A stretch of DNA of 64,000 bases. Source: Neocallimastix sp. 'constans'. Its lineage: Eukaryota. Where the stretch lies: the NCBI GenBank assembly GCA_050613775.1, contig JBODTK010000114.1:434001-498000 (forward strand). The letters are read 5' to 3'. The notes under the pieces are model-generated. The model was not told the DNA's origin. It did not search any database and saw only the letters and a list, made by a program, of their open reading frames with translations. This document shows positions 13,831 through 26,579 of the stretch, in pieces. A program made the translations under genes and the position numbers. The stretch's first letter is position 1. Each line of letters starts with the position of its first letter.

Positions 13831-14189
13831 TTATGAAAAAAAAAAAAAAAAAAAACTGAGAGTATGCTGAGTTATAGGCTCACCAATGAACTGAACAGTT
13901 TTAATTACCAATATATTCAGTATCCATGGATCATTTGTATACTATACAAAAAATTTATAGAAACTAAGGATAAAAATAAGCTGATTAATTATTGTAATAT
14001 TAATTCATTGTATATAAATCATATTATGGCTTATTTCAGTTATTTTATTTTTCCTAAAAATAAAGTCGATACAGCTAATGATTTTATTAATTATAAAGCT
14101 AATATAAATTATTTATTAGATTTATTTATAAATTCTGAATAAAGTTATGATGGATTAAATAATCTAATATATATATCGTGTTTAATCAT

Positions 14190-15867
14190 AAATATCCAGA
14201 CCATAGATATATTAGTGATAACTCAAGAAATAACAGTAGAAATAGAGAGTGTAATTTCAACAGTAGTAGAAGAGGAAGTTACAGGGGACGGTACAATAAA
14301 TCAAATAACGCGTTTCATAAGAAAGGTAAAAATAATATTAAATGTTGGACTTGTGAAAACTATGGACATTATTCAGACGAATGTAGAAATAGTAACAATA
14401 ATAAGCAAAGAGGAAGAGGCTCATATAGGGGGAAATACCACAGAAAGAAAATAGAAAATAATTGTGCTACGGATTCATATACCAATAATGGGAAGATAAA
14501 CAAGATAGGTATGAAAGTTATGATATGGAGGATTATAGTAATAACTTCAGCTTTGAAGCAAATAATACGGATATTAATAAAAGTTTATTACCCTACAAAA
14601 ATCTAGAATATTATACTTTAAACAATAGTGATAAAGTAACAAAGGATAATAAGAGTAATAATAAAAAAAAAAAAAAATGAACTTCATTCATGGACTTTGG
14701 ATTTTAGGGCTTTCTATCCTATGACAGGGAATCTAAGATACTTATCGAATATTAAGAAATATAATAAAAGAAATATTTTTCACGAACGGAGAAAATGTTA
14801 TATCTAAATGTATTGGAGACTATAAAGGATATATAAAATGATAATAAAATTACACTAAAAAACCTGTTATATGTAACCTGTCTTTACAAAAAAATTTTAA
14901 TATCAATAGATGGACTTAGCGACCAATATTACAAAACAATTTTTCCAAAAGATAGATAACAAGAATTACGTGTCTATCTATAATAAAAATAACAATAGAG
15001 TATGCAGTACCCAATCAAATGGATCCACTAAGACATACATTATATGGACTTCTAATAAAAAGATAGATTTTAATAACAATTTAACCTGTAACAGTGCATC
15101 CACAGATGAGGATGAAATTCTACAATTATGGCACCGACGTTTAGGACACGACAACATTCAAAGTTTAAGAAATATATTAACAAAAATAAGAACAAATGAC
15201 AGATGTGAGATATGTGCAAAAATCTAAATTCAAGAATTTTCTTCTTCCGTACATCTGAAAATAGAGCAAAAGGAACCTTTTTGAACTAATACATATAGAC
15301 ACTGTCTCAATAAAAAACCGCCTTCACTTTATATGGTAATAATTATTTCTTATCCATATTAGATGATTACTCAAGATATGCGTGGGTAATTTTTATTAAA
15401 TCCAAAAGTCAGGTTTTTAACGCCTTTTTAAGTTGGTATAATAAAATTAAGAATATATTTAATAAAAATATTAAGTACTTCCATTCTGATAATGGGACAG
15501 AATTTATAAATTCTAGATTTTTAGAATTTTGTGATAATAATGGAATTTTATTTCGGAAATACCATTCCTCATAATCCTCAACAAAATGGCAGAGTGGAAT
15601 GTTTTCATGGTACAATAAGTTCCAAATGCAAGAGCAATGTTAGAAGAAGCTCAATTAAACCATGTATTTTGGGAAGACGGTATCAGTACCTCTAATTATA
15701 TTTAGAATAGGATCCCCCCACAAAAGTATTAATAATAAAAATACCGTATGAACTTTTATATAATGTTAAAGTGGACTTTAAGAGATTTAAAAGTTTTTGG
15801 ATGTCGTATTATCTTTTATATCCCCAAACAATTTCGTACAAAACTTAGTAATTCATCTCTTCCTGGC
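14190..15867 (+). mobile_element. Ty1/copia retrotransposon internal fragment (gag zinc knuckle, protease, GAG-pre-integrase, integrase), pseudogenised; no RT, RNase H or LTR seen
   Basis: CWTCENYGHYSDEC CCHC knuckle; degenerate protease WTLDFRAFYPMTGN (WxLDSGAxxHMT type) near 14690; LWHRRLGH; ILDDYSRYAWV; HSDNGTEF; PQQNGRVE; LKVFGC. Copia domain order, with frameshifts and stops. Confidence 0.92.
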
Positions 15868-16122
15868 CAATACAAATATGTACCACAAAATTTTTATAGT
15901 AATAATATTAACCTTTATATTAATTCTATTAATACTTATTTAGCATCTGTTAAGGCTAATGACATTGCCGAAAAAGCTAATAAAATAGCTGAGCGTGGAA
16001 ATGATATTGCTGAAGAGGCTTATGACCTCGCTAGATCTGCTAATAGAATTGCTGAACGTGGGAATCAAATCACTCAAGAAGGAAATCAGATAGCTAGAGA
16101 AGATAATGTTATATTTATTTGA
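15868..16122 (+). pseudogene. ORF remnant with seven heptad repeats (A/G)NxIAxx, coiled coil
   Basis: ANDIAEK ANKIAER GNDIAEE AYDLARS ANRIAER GNQITQE GNQIARE at 15955-16101. Confidence 0.6.
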
Positions 16123-17417
16123 AAGAGATGGTTGGAATATTACCAATATATTAGATATATCTAAATTTATACATATTAATATTATCCCTTTAATTTATAA
16201 ATTAACTGAGAAAGCTAATATTAACGTTAATTATTTAGTCAAAATTATAAAAAAAAACCCATTTTTCTAATGTAACTACTAGATCTCCTTTATTTGAACA
16301 ATTAATGAGTATGCTATATGAAAAAGATTTTAAATTTTAAATTAGATAAAAAGCCTATAATAAGATTTAAAAATTTAGTTTATGATAGTTGATGAAGATA
16401 GAGTAAGAAAGCGGTATCCCTTTAGATTTTTGTTCTAAACCTACTAATTATGATTATTATGTTCCTTAAACAATCTGAAATTGATATAGTTAATAATTTT
16501 GTTTCTAGATTATTACCAAAACAAAATATAAAAAAAGAATTTTTATTAAGAATTTTAGGTAATTTATTGTTTCCTGGTAATGTTGATAGAATAATGTTAT
16601 TTTTTTTTATAGGTATGAGTAGAAATGGAAAATCAACTATAGTTAATTTATTAAATTTTGCTTTAGATGAACAGGCTTCAAAACCCAATGTATCTTTATT
16701 TTTAGGTAAGTCAATAGATAGCAGTAAAGCTGATCCTAATTTAATACCTATTGTTTCTACTAGAGTAGCTATTTGTGAAGAACCAGATAATAGAAATGTT
16801 TCTATTACTGGTAATGTAGGTTTTATTACTGGAAGAGATTTATATAAATCATTAACTAAGGTTTATGCCAATTTAGTCCCTATTATTTGTAGTAATAATA
16901 AATTAACAATAATTAATTTAGATAAGGCTTTAGTAGATAGAATTAGAGTTGTTCCTTTTAATGAAAGATTCATTCCTAAATATATGTTAAATAAAAATTC
17001 TAAAAATGAACAAATTGAAGAAATTATTTGGCAAGATAATAATTCTGAAAAATATGCTAATGACTTTTATGTATATACTTATGGATGCTTTAAGAAGATA
17101 TAAAAAAAGAATCTTTAAATAATTCCTAATGATGTTAAAAGAGCTACTAAAAAATTTGTATTAAAGGGTGATTCAGTGGGTAAATTTATTAAGGATAAAA
17201 TTAGTAGAATCAGAGGGGTTAGAAGTTAATATTGATACGGTATGGAGTAAATATAAACAATGGTTATAAATTATATATTAATGAAAATAAAAATTGTGGT
17301 TCTCTTGAATCATTTAAAACAGAGTTAGAAAATTTTAATATTAATATTGAAAATAATATGATTAAAAATTATGAATTAATTATACTTTTAATTGAAAGAA
17401 ATTCATTGGAAAGGTAA
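16118..17417 (+). pseudogene. D5-like superfamily-3 helicase remnant (NCLDV/Polinton-like/P4 type), frameshifted
   Basis: D5_N-like FKNLVYD...RYPLDFCSKPTNYDY; Walker A FIGMSRNGKST; Walker B RVAICEEPD; ITGRDLY; motif C IICSNN; DKALVDRIRVVPFNERF; downstream IPNDVKRATKKF..DSVGKFIKD. No introns. Confidence 0.85.
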
Positions 17418-17932
17418 AAATCAATTATTTCATTTTGTTCCCATGAAAATACAGATGTTAAAAAAATACGTAAAAGATATCATAAAAAGAAGCTAATGAT
17501 TTAGATGGCTATGGTATACCAGGAAAAAAAAAATGTAGATGAAAGTGAAAGTGAAAGTAAAACTGATAGGTGGTTAATAGAGATTAAATTTGAGGCTTAT
17601 AATTAATTAATTTGACATGGCGAATATATTTATTACTAAACATAAGAACTATTGTATATAATTATGTTATTGCCATAAACAAATGCTTTTTATATAAATA
17701 AAATAATATTATAAAAGTGAAAAAAAAAAAGTATATATATATATATAAAATAAATAATTATATAATATATATATAATATTATATATGAAAATATACTTTA
17801 ATTATCTATTTATTATATTCATAAAATATAAAAAGGTAATTAAAATATTGCATGTAATCTATAAAAAAAAATAATAATAAAACTAAATCTCATAAAAACA
17901 AAAAAAATAAAAGATAAAAGTACTAAAATAAT

Positions 17933-17970
<38 letters not shown>

Positions 17971-18726
17971 AAATAAAAATAATAATTAGATATATAGAAG
18001 ATCTATATAAAAAGAGTTACATTTGATATTTAATATTAACTTTTTTTTTTAATTAAATAACAAAATTTTCAATTAATACAAAAAAATAAATCTATAATTA
18101 TATATTTTATGTTAAGTTAAATCATAGTATTAATTATGGATAATAAAAAATTTTTAGTTTGGAGAAAAAAAAAAAAAAAAAGATTTTATGACATGGCCAT
18201 TATTATATTATACTAATAAAAAAAATATTAATAGTATTTTAATTAGATTTGTAATAGTAATAATAATATAATAAATCAATCAATTAATTAATCAATTAAT
18301 AAATAAATAAATAAATAAAATAAATTGGATCATCTATATATATATTTCTCATTTTAATAAAAGTATTTATGAATGTGTTATTAAATGGTTATTAACTTAA
18401 ACTACAAAGCATTATACATTAACCATTTTTATTTATTTATTTATTTATTTTTAGTAAAAGGTTAATAACCATTTAATATTAAAATAATAAAAAAAAAATA
18501 ATAATAATAAAATAAAAAAAAAAAAAAAAAGGCAAGATAAAAATAAAAATTTTTATATATTTATTAATATGATGTAAAAAAATAAAAAAAATTTTTTAAA
18601 TAACATAAAAAAAAAAAAAATTTTTTTTAAAATATTATTATTTTTTTTTTTTCTTTTTTATTTTTAATTTTAATTTTAATACCAATATCAAATATTTTAA
18701 TTTTAATAAAAAATAAAATATTAAGA

Positions 18727-19661
18727 ATGAGTAGTACAGGTAAATTAAGAAAAAAAAAGTAATTTTATTTTAAAGCAATACAAAAAAAAAAAAAAAAATT
18801 ATTGTATAATATATCAGTATTTATAAAAAATTATTTATTATTTTATTATTTATATCATTTTATATATTTAATTTAGTAAATTAAGTAATAATCAAATTAT
18901 ATAAACATTTTAAAATTATTGTTGAAAAAAAATAATATATATTTATTTGAATTGAAGTAGATTCGAAAAAAAAAAAAAATGTATAACTATATTAAAGATA
19001 TTAATCTTTAATATAGTTAATATTAATTATTTATTAATATAATGAGTTATAATAATAGTTACATTTCATTAATAAAAATCAAATTTCTTAGCATTAATAA
19101 AATGTTAAGAAATTTGATTTTATAATTAATAAAATCTTTTTTCAAATTTCATAAATGATTGAAATATTTAAAAATTATATAAATATATTATTATTATATC
19201 AATTTTTATTTTTATTTTTTATTTTTTATTTTTTTTTTTTTTTATAGATTTATATAAATACTATATTAATAAATTTTACATTAATTATAAATTTGAAATT
19301 TGAAATGCTTTATATATGAAACAGATTTCTAATCATAAAAAAAAATATTATAGTGAAAAAATTTATTATAACTATATATGTATGAATTAGTTAAAAAATA
19401 GAGAGTTAAAAAAATATAATATTTATAATGCTTATATATTTTAATAAAAATAGTATTGAATATTTTGAATTATTTTGAATTATACTAAATAATAAAATTA
19501 AAAGTGAAATTACAAAAAAGTTAAAATACAAATATATAAAGTCTTTTATCATTTTTCTATATAAATATTTAAAATCTATATTAATATTATTTTATATTAT
19601 ATATATTAAAAAAAAATTTTTTTATTTTTGTTTTTGTTTTTGTTTTTCCTTGCATATATAT

Positions 19662-19692
<31 letters not shown>

Positions 19693-20312
19693 AAAAAAAA
19701 ATAATAATAATAATAAATAATAAATAAAATAAAAATAAAACAAAACAAAACAAAACAAAACAAAAAAAAAAAAAAAAAAAAATAGATAAATCAAAAAAAT
19801 GTTTGGTTATATTTTTTTCGAAACCAGGCGAGAATTTTTATGTGGGTAATGTGAAAATAGGAAATACAGGTCGGATGGCTCATCAGATACAGAAGCGACT
19901 TGCTTGTGATCTATTTGAAGTGGTTCCCACGGACCCTTATCCCTTTACCACCTCAGACACATCTAAACGTGCCAAAGAAGAGGTACTTTCGAAGGCAAGA
20001 CCAGCCATCAAGAATAAAATCGAAAATTTAAGGGAGTATGATACCATCTTCTTTGGCTATCCTGTTTGGAATGCTGATCTTCCCATGATCATGTATACCT
20101 TTATTGAAACGTATACGAAAGAATTAAATGATCCTCATAAAACAATTATTCCTTTCTGTACGCACGAAGGTATAGATCAAGTCCAAACTTTTAAAAATCT
20201 TAAAAAAGCCCTTCCTCAAGCCAACATTTTACGAGGTTTTGGTCTCTATGGAAAATACGTCGATACCTCTGAAGCTAAAGTCATTAAATGGTTAAATGAA
20301 TTAAAATATTAA
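18727..20312 (+). CDS. Flavodoxin (Flavodoxin_4-like), paralogue 2; exons 18727-18739, 19786-20312
   Basis: 13-nt exon ATGAGTAGTACAG|GTAAAT joins TAG|ATAAA in frame (MSSTDKSKKCLVIFFSKPGENF). Motifs GNT, YDTIFFGYPVW, IIPFCTHEG. Confidence 0.85.
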
Positions 20313-20810
20313 TAAAGAAATAAAGAAATAAAGAAATAAAGAAATAAAGAAATAAAGAAATAAAGAAATAAAGAAATAAAGAAATAAAGAAATAAAGAAA
20401 TAAAGAAATAAAGAAATAAAGAAATAAAGAAATAAAGAAATAAAGAAATAAAGAAATAAAGAAATAAAGAAATAAAGAAATAAAGAAATAAAGAAATAAA
20501 GAAATAAATAATAAAATAAAATAAAATAAAATAAAATAAAATAAAATAAAATAAAATAAAATAAAATAAAATAAAATAAAATAAAATAAAATAAAATAAA
20601 ATAAAATAAAATAAAATAAAATAAAATAAAATAAAATAAAATAAAATAAAATAAAATAAAATAAAATAAAATAAAATAAAATAAAATAAAATAAAATAAA
20701 ATAAAATAAAATAAAATAAAATAAAATAAAATAAAATAAAATAAAATAAAATAAAATAAAATAAAATAAAATAAAATAAAATAAAATAAAATAAAATAAA
20801 ATAAAATAAA
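20311..20810. repeat. Compound microsatellite (AATAAAGA)n then (AATAA)n, starting at the flavodoxin stop codon
   Basis: Directly visible. Confidence 0.95.
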
Positions 20811-21892
20811 AAAAAAAAAAATTGTAATGTATGTCCATGAACTAAACTATAAAAATTAAATTAAATTCTATAAACATTGGTCAAAATAAAAAAAAAATAA
20901 AAAATAAAAAATAAAAAATAAAAAATCAATAATTTTATCAATATCATAAATATATACATATATATATATATATACAAATAAATATGAATTGTTTGTTCGA
21001 TTGATAATTAGATCTAACACAAAATTTCTTGTTTTTTTCATATATATATTATTATTACTATTTTTTCTTTTAAATAAAATGAAATTTTTTTTATTAAGAA
21101 TATAGTTTTAAAGAATAAAAAACTTTCTTTTTATTCTCTTTCTTTACTTTTATATATATATATATATATATTTTTTTTAAAGAAAAATTATTTTTATTAT
21201 TATTCTTATTATTATTTTTATTTTTATTTTTTATTTTTCCTATTTTATGTACTAAAATACTTTATATTAAATTTAAATAATTATTAATTTAAAAAGAAAA
21301 GAACAGAAAACCTGATATTTATTTAATAATGAAAAAATATAATTAATATAATTTTAATAAAGTTAGATATATATATATTTTTTATAATATATATTAATTA
21401 CTAATTAAGAAAAGGAAAAGTAAAAAAATAATTAATTAAAAATAATTAATTTTTTACTACTAAAAATTCATACAAATACAATATTCATTAATCATTAAAA
21501 TTCATTGATCTATACTAACATTAATTATTTTAGTATTACATATATCATTACATAATATTAAAATAATTAATTGTATAAATCAAATTATAAAACTATTTTA
21601 TTCTACTTCTCCTTCTTATTTTCTTTTTTTTTTTTTTAATGTTTTAATTTTTTTTTCTTTTATTATATATGGCTTATTTTCCCCTTAAATATTACTAATA
21701 TATAACTGAATTTATTTATTATAAAGATATTGTTAAAAAGAATTTTTTTTTTCTTTTGTTTCTTCAAAATATATAAATAAATAAATATTATTATTATTAT
21801 TCTATTTATTTATTTATGCTTCTACGATTTATAGAGATATATAATAGAGTATAATTTTAATAATTACAAATATTATTTTCAAAGCTGTTTAT

Positions 21893-22646
21893 TTAGTTTG
21901 TAACTTCAACTTTCTTTGCCTTCTTAGCCTTCTTACTCTTCTTGCTCTTCTTTCCCTTCTTTTTGTTTGCTCTTTTAGTTTCCCAATCCTTTACAGCCAT
22001 TTTAATGGCATCTTCAGCAAGCATAGAGCAATGAAGTTTAACCGGTGGTAAACAAAGTTCTCTAGCAATATCTTGATTCTTAATCTCTTTTGCTTCCCAT
22101 ACCTTAAGACCCTTAATTTTTTGTGAAGCAAAAGAAGATGAAGCAATGGCTGAACCACAACCATAAGTTTTAAATTTGACATCCTTTATTTTACCAGTTT
22201 CTTCATCTACAAGAATTTGAAGTTTCATAACATCACCACAAGCTGGTGCTCCAACAATACCAGTACCAACATTTGGATCATCTTTTGGTAATGAACCAAC
22301 GTTTTGTGGATGTTCATAATGTTTTATTACCTATATTTTTATAAAATGAAAATTTTAAATATTCATTAATTAGAAATCTTTATTAATCATTATTTTTTAT
22401 ATATGCTTTTCATCTTCACATATATATCATATACAAAACGTAAAATTATATATAATTATTTTTAAATTAATATTAAAATATTACATTTTCATGATAGGAT
22501 CTTATTAAGTTAGTTGATGCATTTATATTAGAAGTTCTTAATAAATGAGATGAAGCATTTATAGTATGTGATCCTATTATTCTTGTTGCTTGAAGTTTTA
22601 AAGAATTTACTAAAGCTGGTTTGGCAATATTTAATAAGGAATTCAT
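21893..22646 (-). CDS. ISU1: Iron-sulfur cluster scaffold IscU/Isu1 with organellar presequence; exons 22646-22485, 22330-21893
   Basis: RSYHENVIKHYEHPQNVGS, GAPACGDVMKLQI, FKTYGCGSAIASSS and LPPVKLHCSMLAEDAIK. N-terminal Ser/Leu/Arg-rich extension lacks acidic residues. Confidence 0.96.
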
Positions 22647-24811
22647 TTTGATTTTTATTATGTAATTTATTAATCTTTTTTTTTTCTTTTGTGAAAATAA
22701 TAAATTTATTTCTTTTGTTTTAAATAATAAAATCTTCCTTTTTCTTTTTTTTGGAGTTTTTTTATACAGATATAATAATATTTTTAAATATTATTTGGTA
22801 TATTTCTATTTTGGTATTAAATGATTGATTATTAAAATTTAAGATAAATTAATTTTAAACTTTTATTATTTTAATACAATTTTCTTTAAAAAAAATTTAA
22901 TAAAAAAAATAATAAATAAAATTAATTAAAACTTCTTATTTTTATATATTTTTTTATTTCAATATTATAAAATTTTATTTCAATAATTTATCTTTTTGAG
23001 ACAAATGAAAAAAAATTATTTTTCAATTTAAGGTATATGTAAGAAAAAAAAAATAAATAAATAAACTTCAAAGCAATATAGCCTGAATTTTACTAAACAA
23101 TTGTTTAAATTTCTTCTTTAAATTAATAAAAAAAAAAAATAACCTTATATTTTTTTTTTTATGTGAAAATTCCTTTCTTTTATAGTCTAAAAATGTAAAA
23201 ACATATTAATAATTATAACACTTTTGAATAATTATTTTAATAAATCTATCCAAAATTTTAAAAAAAATAATAATAAATAATAAATAATATAAAATGAGTA
23301 TTAATTAATGAATAATAAATAATAAAGAGTATTTATTAATAAATAATAATATATAATATATAATATATAATAATATATAATAGATAATAGATAAACAATG
23401 AAAAAGAATAAAAACCGAATATATTAAATTGAACATTACATTATTAATATATATCACATATATATTAACTATTATCTACCATAAAATTTATATTACATTT
23501 ACATTTAATTAACTTTTTTTTTTTTTTTTTAAATTATTAAAACTATAGAAAAACTATATTATAAAATTTAATTATGTTTAATTCCTACCTACTAATCATT
23601 AATTATGTATTAATAATTATAACAATTATTAAACATAAACCAATATTACTTATTATTACTACTATTTTTTTTTTTTTACTTATTTATTAATAAATAAATA
23701 TTCAACCATTTTTAATATTATTTTTTATTTTTTATTAACCTAACCTTTAAATTTTATTTAAAAAAGAATCATTGATTAAAATATATTAGTTACAATGTAT
23801 TACAATACATTATATAATATATTTGAATATATTATCTATTGAAATGTATTATCTAAAAATTTATTTAATGGAACGAAAAAATAAAAAAAAATTATCCAAA
23901 TATATGATAGTGATATAATATTAATAGGTTACCTATTTAAATAATATATAATCTCTATCCTATTAAATATACTTTAATATATTGATTTAATAATTTTAAT
24001 TTTAATAGGAAAAAAACTTATTTATTCATATTTCCTAATTTATTAATAATATATTATATACCATTATAATATATTAAAAAATATTTAATAATCAAATCTT
24101 TTTTTTTTTTAAAATTTTATTCTTTTTTTTATTGAACGAAAATAAACAAATTCTTTACTCTTATTGGATGGCTCATTCATCTGTAATTATAATGTATACA
24201 AATTTTAAAAATACCAAAACAACTATTTAAAACTTACTGATAAATAAGTGAATGAATAGTTAATTAAGTAAATAAATATATAGAGTAAATAAATAAATAA
24301 ACAGAATAGAGTTGAATAAAGAAATACAAAGCAGATAGATAATAATAAAAAAAAAAGTATTATAATTATTTCAAAACTTTCCAATCAAACATGAATTCTA
24401 TATAATCTAATCATTCACGACAAAATGAAAATTGACTTAAAGCTTTTTTTTAAAAAGAGAAAAGAGAAAAAAAAAAGAAGAAGAAGAAGAAGAAGAAGAG
24501 AAAGAAAGAGAAAACTTACTTCAAAAAAAACAAAAAATAAAATAAAATAAAATTTTGAATTTTTGGTTTAGAAAAAATGGTAAAAAAATGATAAAAAATT
24601 AAAAACTTTTTTTTTATAATTTGTTAATATACTAATTAATTATTTACAAATATAAAAAAAAAAAAAAGAAATATATATTTTTTATAATTAACAAAACTTT
24701 TCCTATTTTTAATAGAGGATGATACGATACTTTGGTTTTTTCATTTTTTTTTTATATAGACATTTAGATTATTATTTATTATTTATTATTAATTATTTAA
24801 TATTTATTATT

Positions 24812-25460
24812 TATTAATAAATACTCTTTTTTATTATTTATTATTTATTATTTATTAATAAATACTCTTTTTATTATTATTTATTATTTATTATTTATTA
24901 ATAAATACTCTTTTTTATTATTTATTATTTATTATTTATTATTTATTAATAAATACTCTTTTTATTATTATTTATTATTTATTATTTATTAATAAATACT
25001 CTTTTTTATTATTTATTATTTATTATTTATTAATAAATACTCTTTTTTATTATTTATTAAATTTATTTTATTTTATTCCTTTATTTATTATATATTATAT
25101 TATTTATTATTATTTATTATTTATTATTTATTATTTATTATTTATTATTTATTATTTATTATTTATTATTTATTATTTATTATTTATTATTTATTATTTA
25201 TTATTTATTATTTATTATTTATTATTTATTATTTATTATTTATTATTTATTATTTATTATTTATTATTTATTATTTATTATTTATTATTTATTATTTATT
25301 ATTTATTATTTATTATTTATTATTTATTATTTATTATTTATTTATTTATTATTTATTAATTAATTATTATTTATTAATTATTAATTATTATTTATTATTT
25401 ATTATTTATTATTATTTATTATTTATTATTAATTATTTATTATTATTATTTATTATTATT
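24812..25460. repeat. Minisatellite with TAATAAATACTCTTTTT units grading into (TATTTAT)n
   Basis: Five AAATACTCTTTTT-containing units followed by a heptanucleotide run. Confidence 0.85.
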
Positions 25461-26527
25461 TTCATGATTTTGTAATTATAGATTTATTTAACTAAGTATT
25501 AGTTTATTTGCTTATTTATATTTTATTTATTAATAGATAAAGAATAAATTTATTTAGTATTTAATTATTCATTCATTTATTAATTCAATATCGGATTAAG
25601 CAACCAACAACTACTTCTCTTTGAAATTGTTGGATTAATAATTTTATCAATTAATTAATATCAACATCAACATCAACATCAAATTTGTAATCACATTTTA
25701 ACTATAAAAAAAAAATTAAAAAAAAATTAAAAAAAAAAAATTAAAAAAAAAAAGCATGATTTTAATTTATTTTAATTTTAATTTTTATTATTTTTATTTT
25801 TAATTTTTATTTATTTTTTAATTTTTTTATAGAAATTTTTATTTTTTTTATAGAAATTTTTGCTTTAATTAGTAAATAAAGTTCATGTAAATTTAAATTT
25901 AAATTCCTTCATAAAATATTAGAAAAATTAATAATTTTATTTTAATTAAGATATTTTATAAATTTGTAAAATTTTTTGTCATCTACCATAAAATTAATTC
26001 TTTTTTTATTCTATTCTATTTTATTTTATTTTATTCAATCTGTACTTTATATTCATATTCTACTATTTATTTTATTTTATTTTATTTTATTTTATTTTAT
26101 TTTATTTTATTTTATTTTATTCAATCTGTACTTCATATTCATATTCTACTATTTATTTTATTTTATTTTATTTTATTTTATTTTATTTTATTTTATTAAC
26201 TACTTCCAAATAAATAATAATAGATTTCAACTTATTTTATAATTGATTTTAATAGCAAAGCAAATTCAAATAATAATATTAATAACAATAAAAATTTTAT
26301 AATATCATAGTAATTGTAAAAAAAAAAAAAAAGATATTAAAAATATGATATTTCAATTTTTATTCATTTAATCTCGAAGAGGACTTTGTTTTTTTATAAC
26401 TTCATCTAGATATATATATATATATATTTATTTCTTTGAATATCCTATTTTTATCTTTATTAAATTTTAATATTATTTAATTAATATAAAATGAAATAAT
26501 CAAAAACTATTGGTTTAGTTAACTAAA

Positions 26528-26579
<52 letters not shown>

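Noticed and set aside
15280..15870. Integrase as a native Polinton RVE integrase
   Set aside because: It is preceded by a gag CCHC knuckle, a copia-type protease and LWHRRLGH, and followed by LKVFGC, all diagnostic of Ty1/copia.
20284..20838. Low-complexity ORFs in the track (FILFY, poly-I, poly-L, poly-F; also 42-284, 34703-35773, 41041-41274, 49441-49674)
   Set aside because: They are translations of microsatellites or antisense shadows of Asn-rich coding sequence.
18727..22646. Flavodoxin plus ISU1 as a functional Fe-S/redox gene cluster
   Set aside because: The genes are convergent neighbours, and the flavodoxin lacks a targeting presequence, so the products are probably in different compartments. 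Adjacency alone is not evidence.
25590..25705. Possible minus-strand exon
   Set aside because: Contains stops, and no partner exons or recognisable motif were found.
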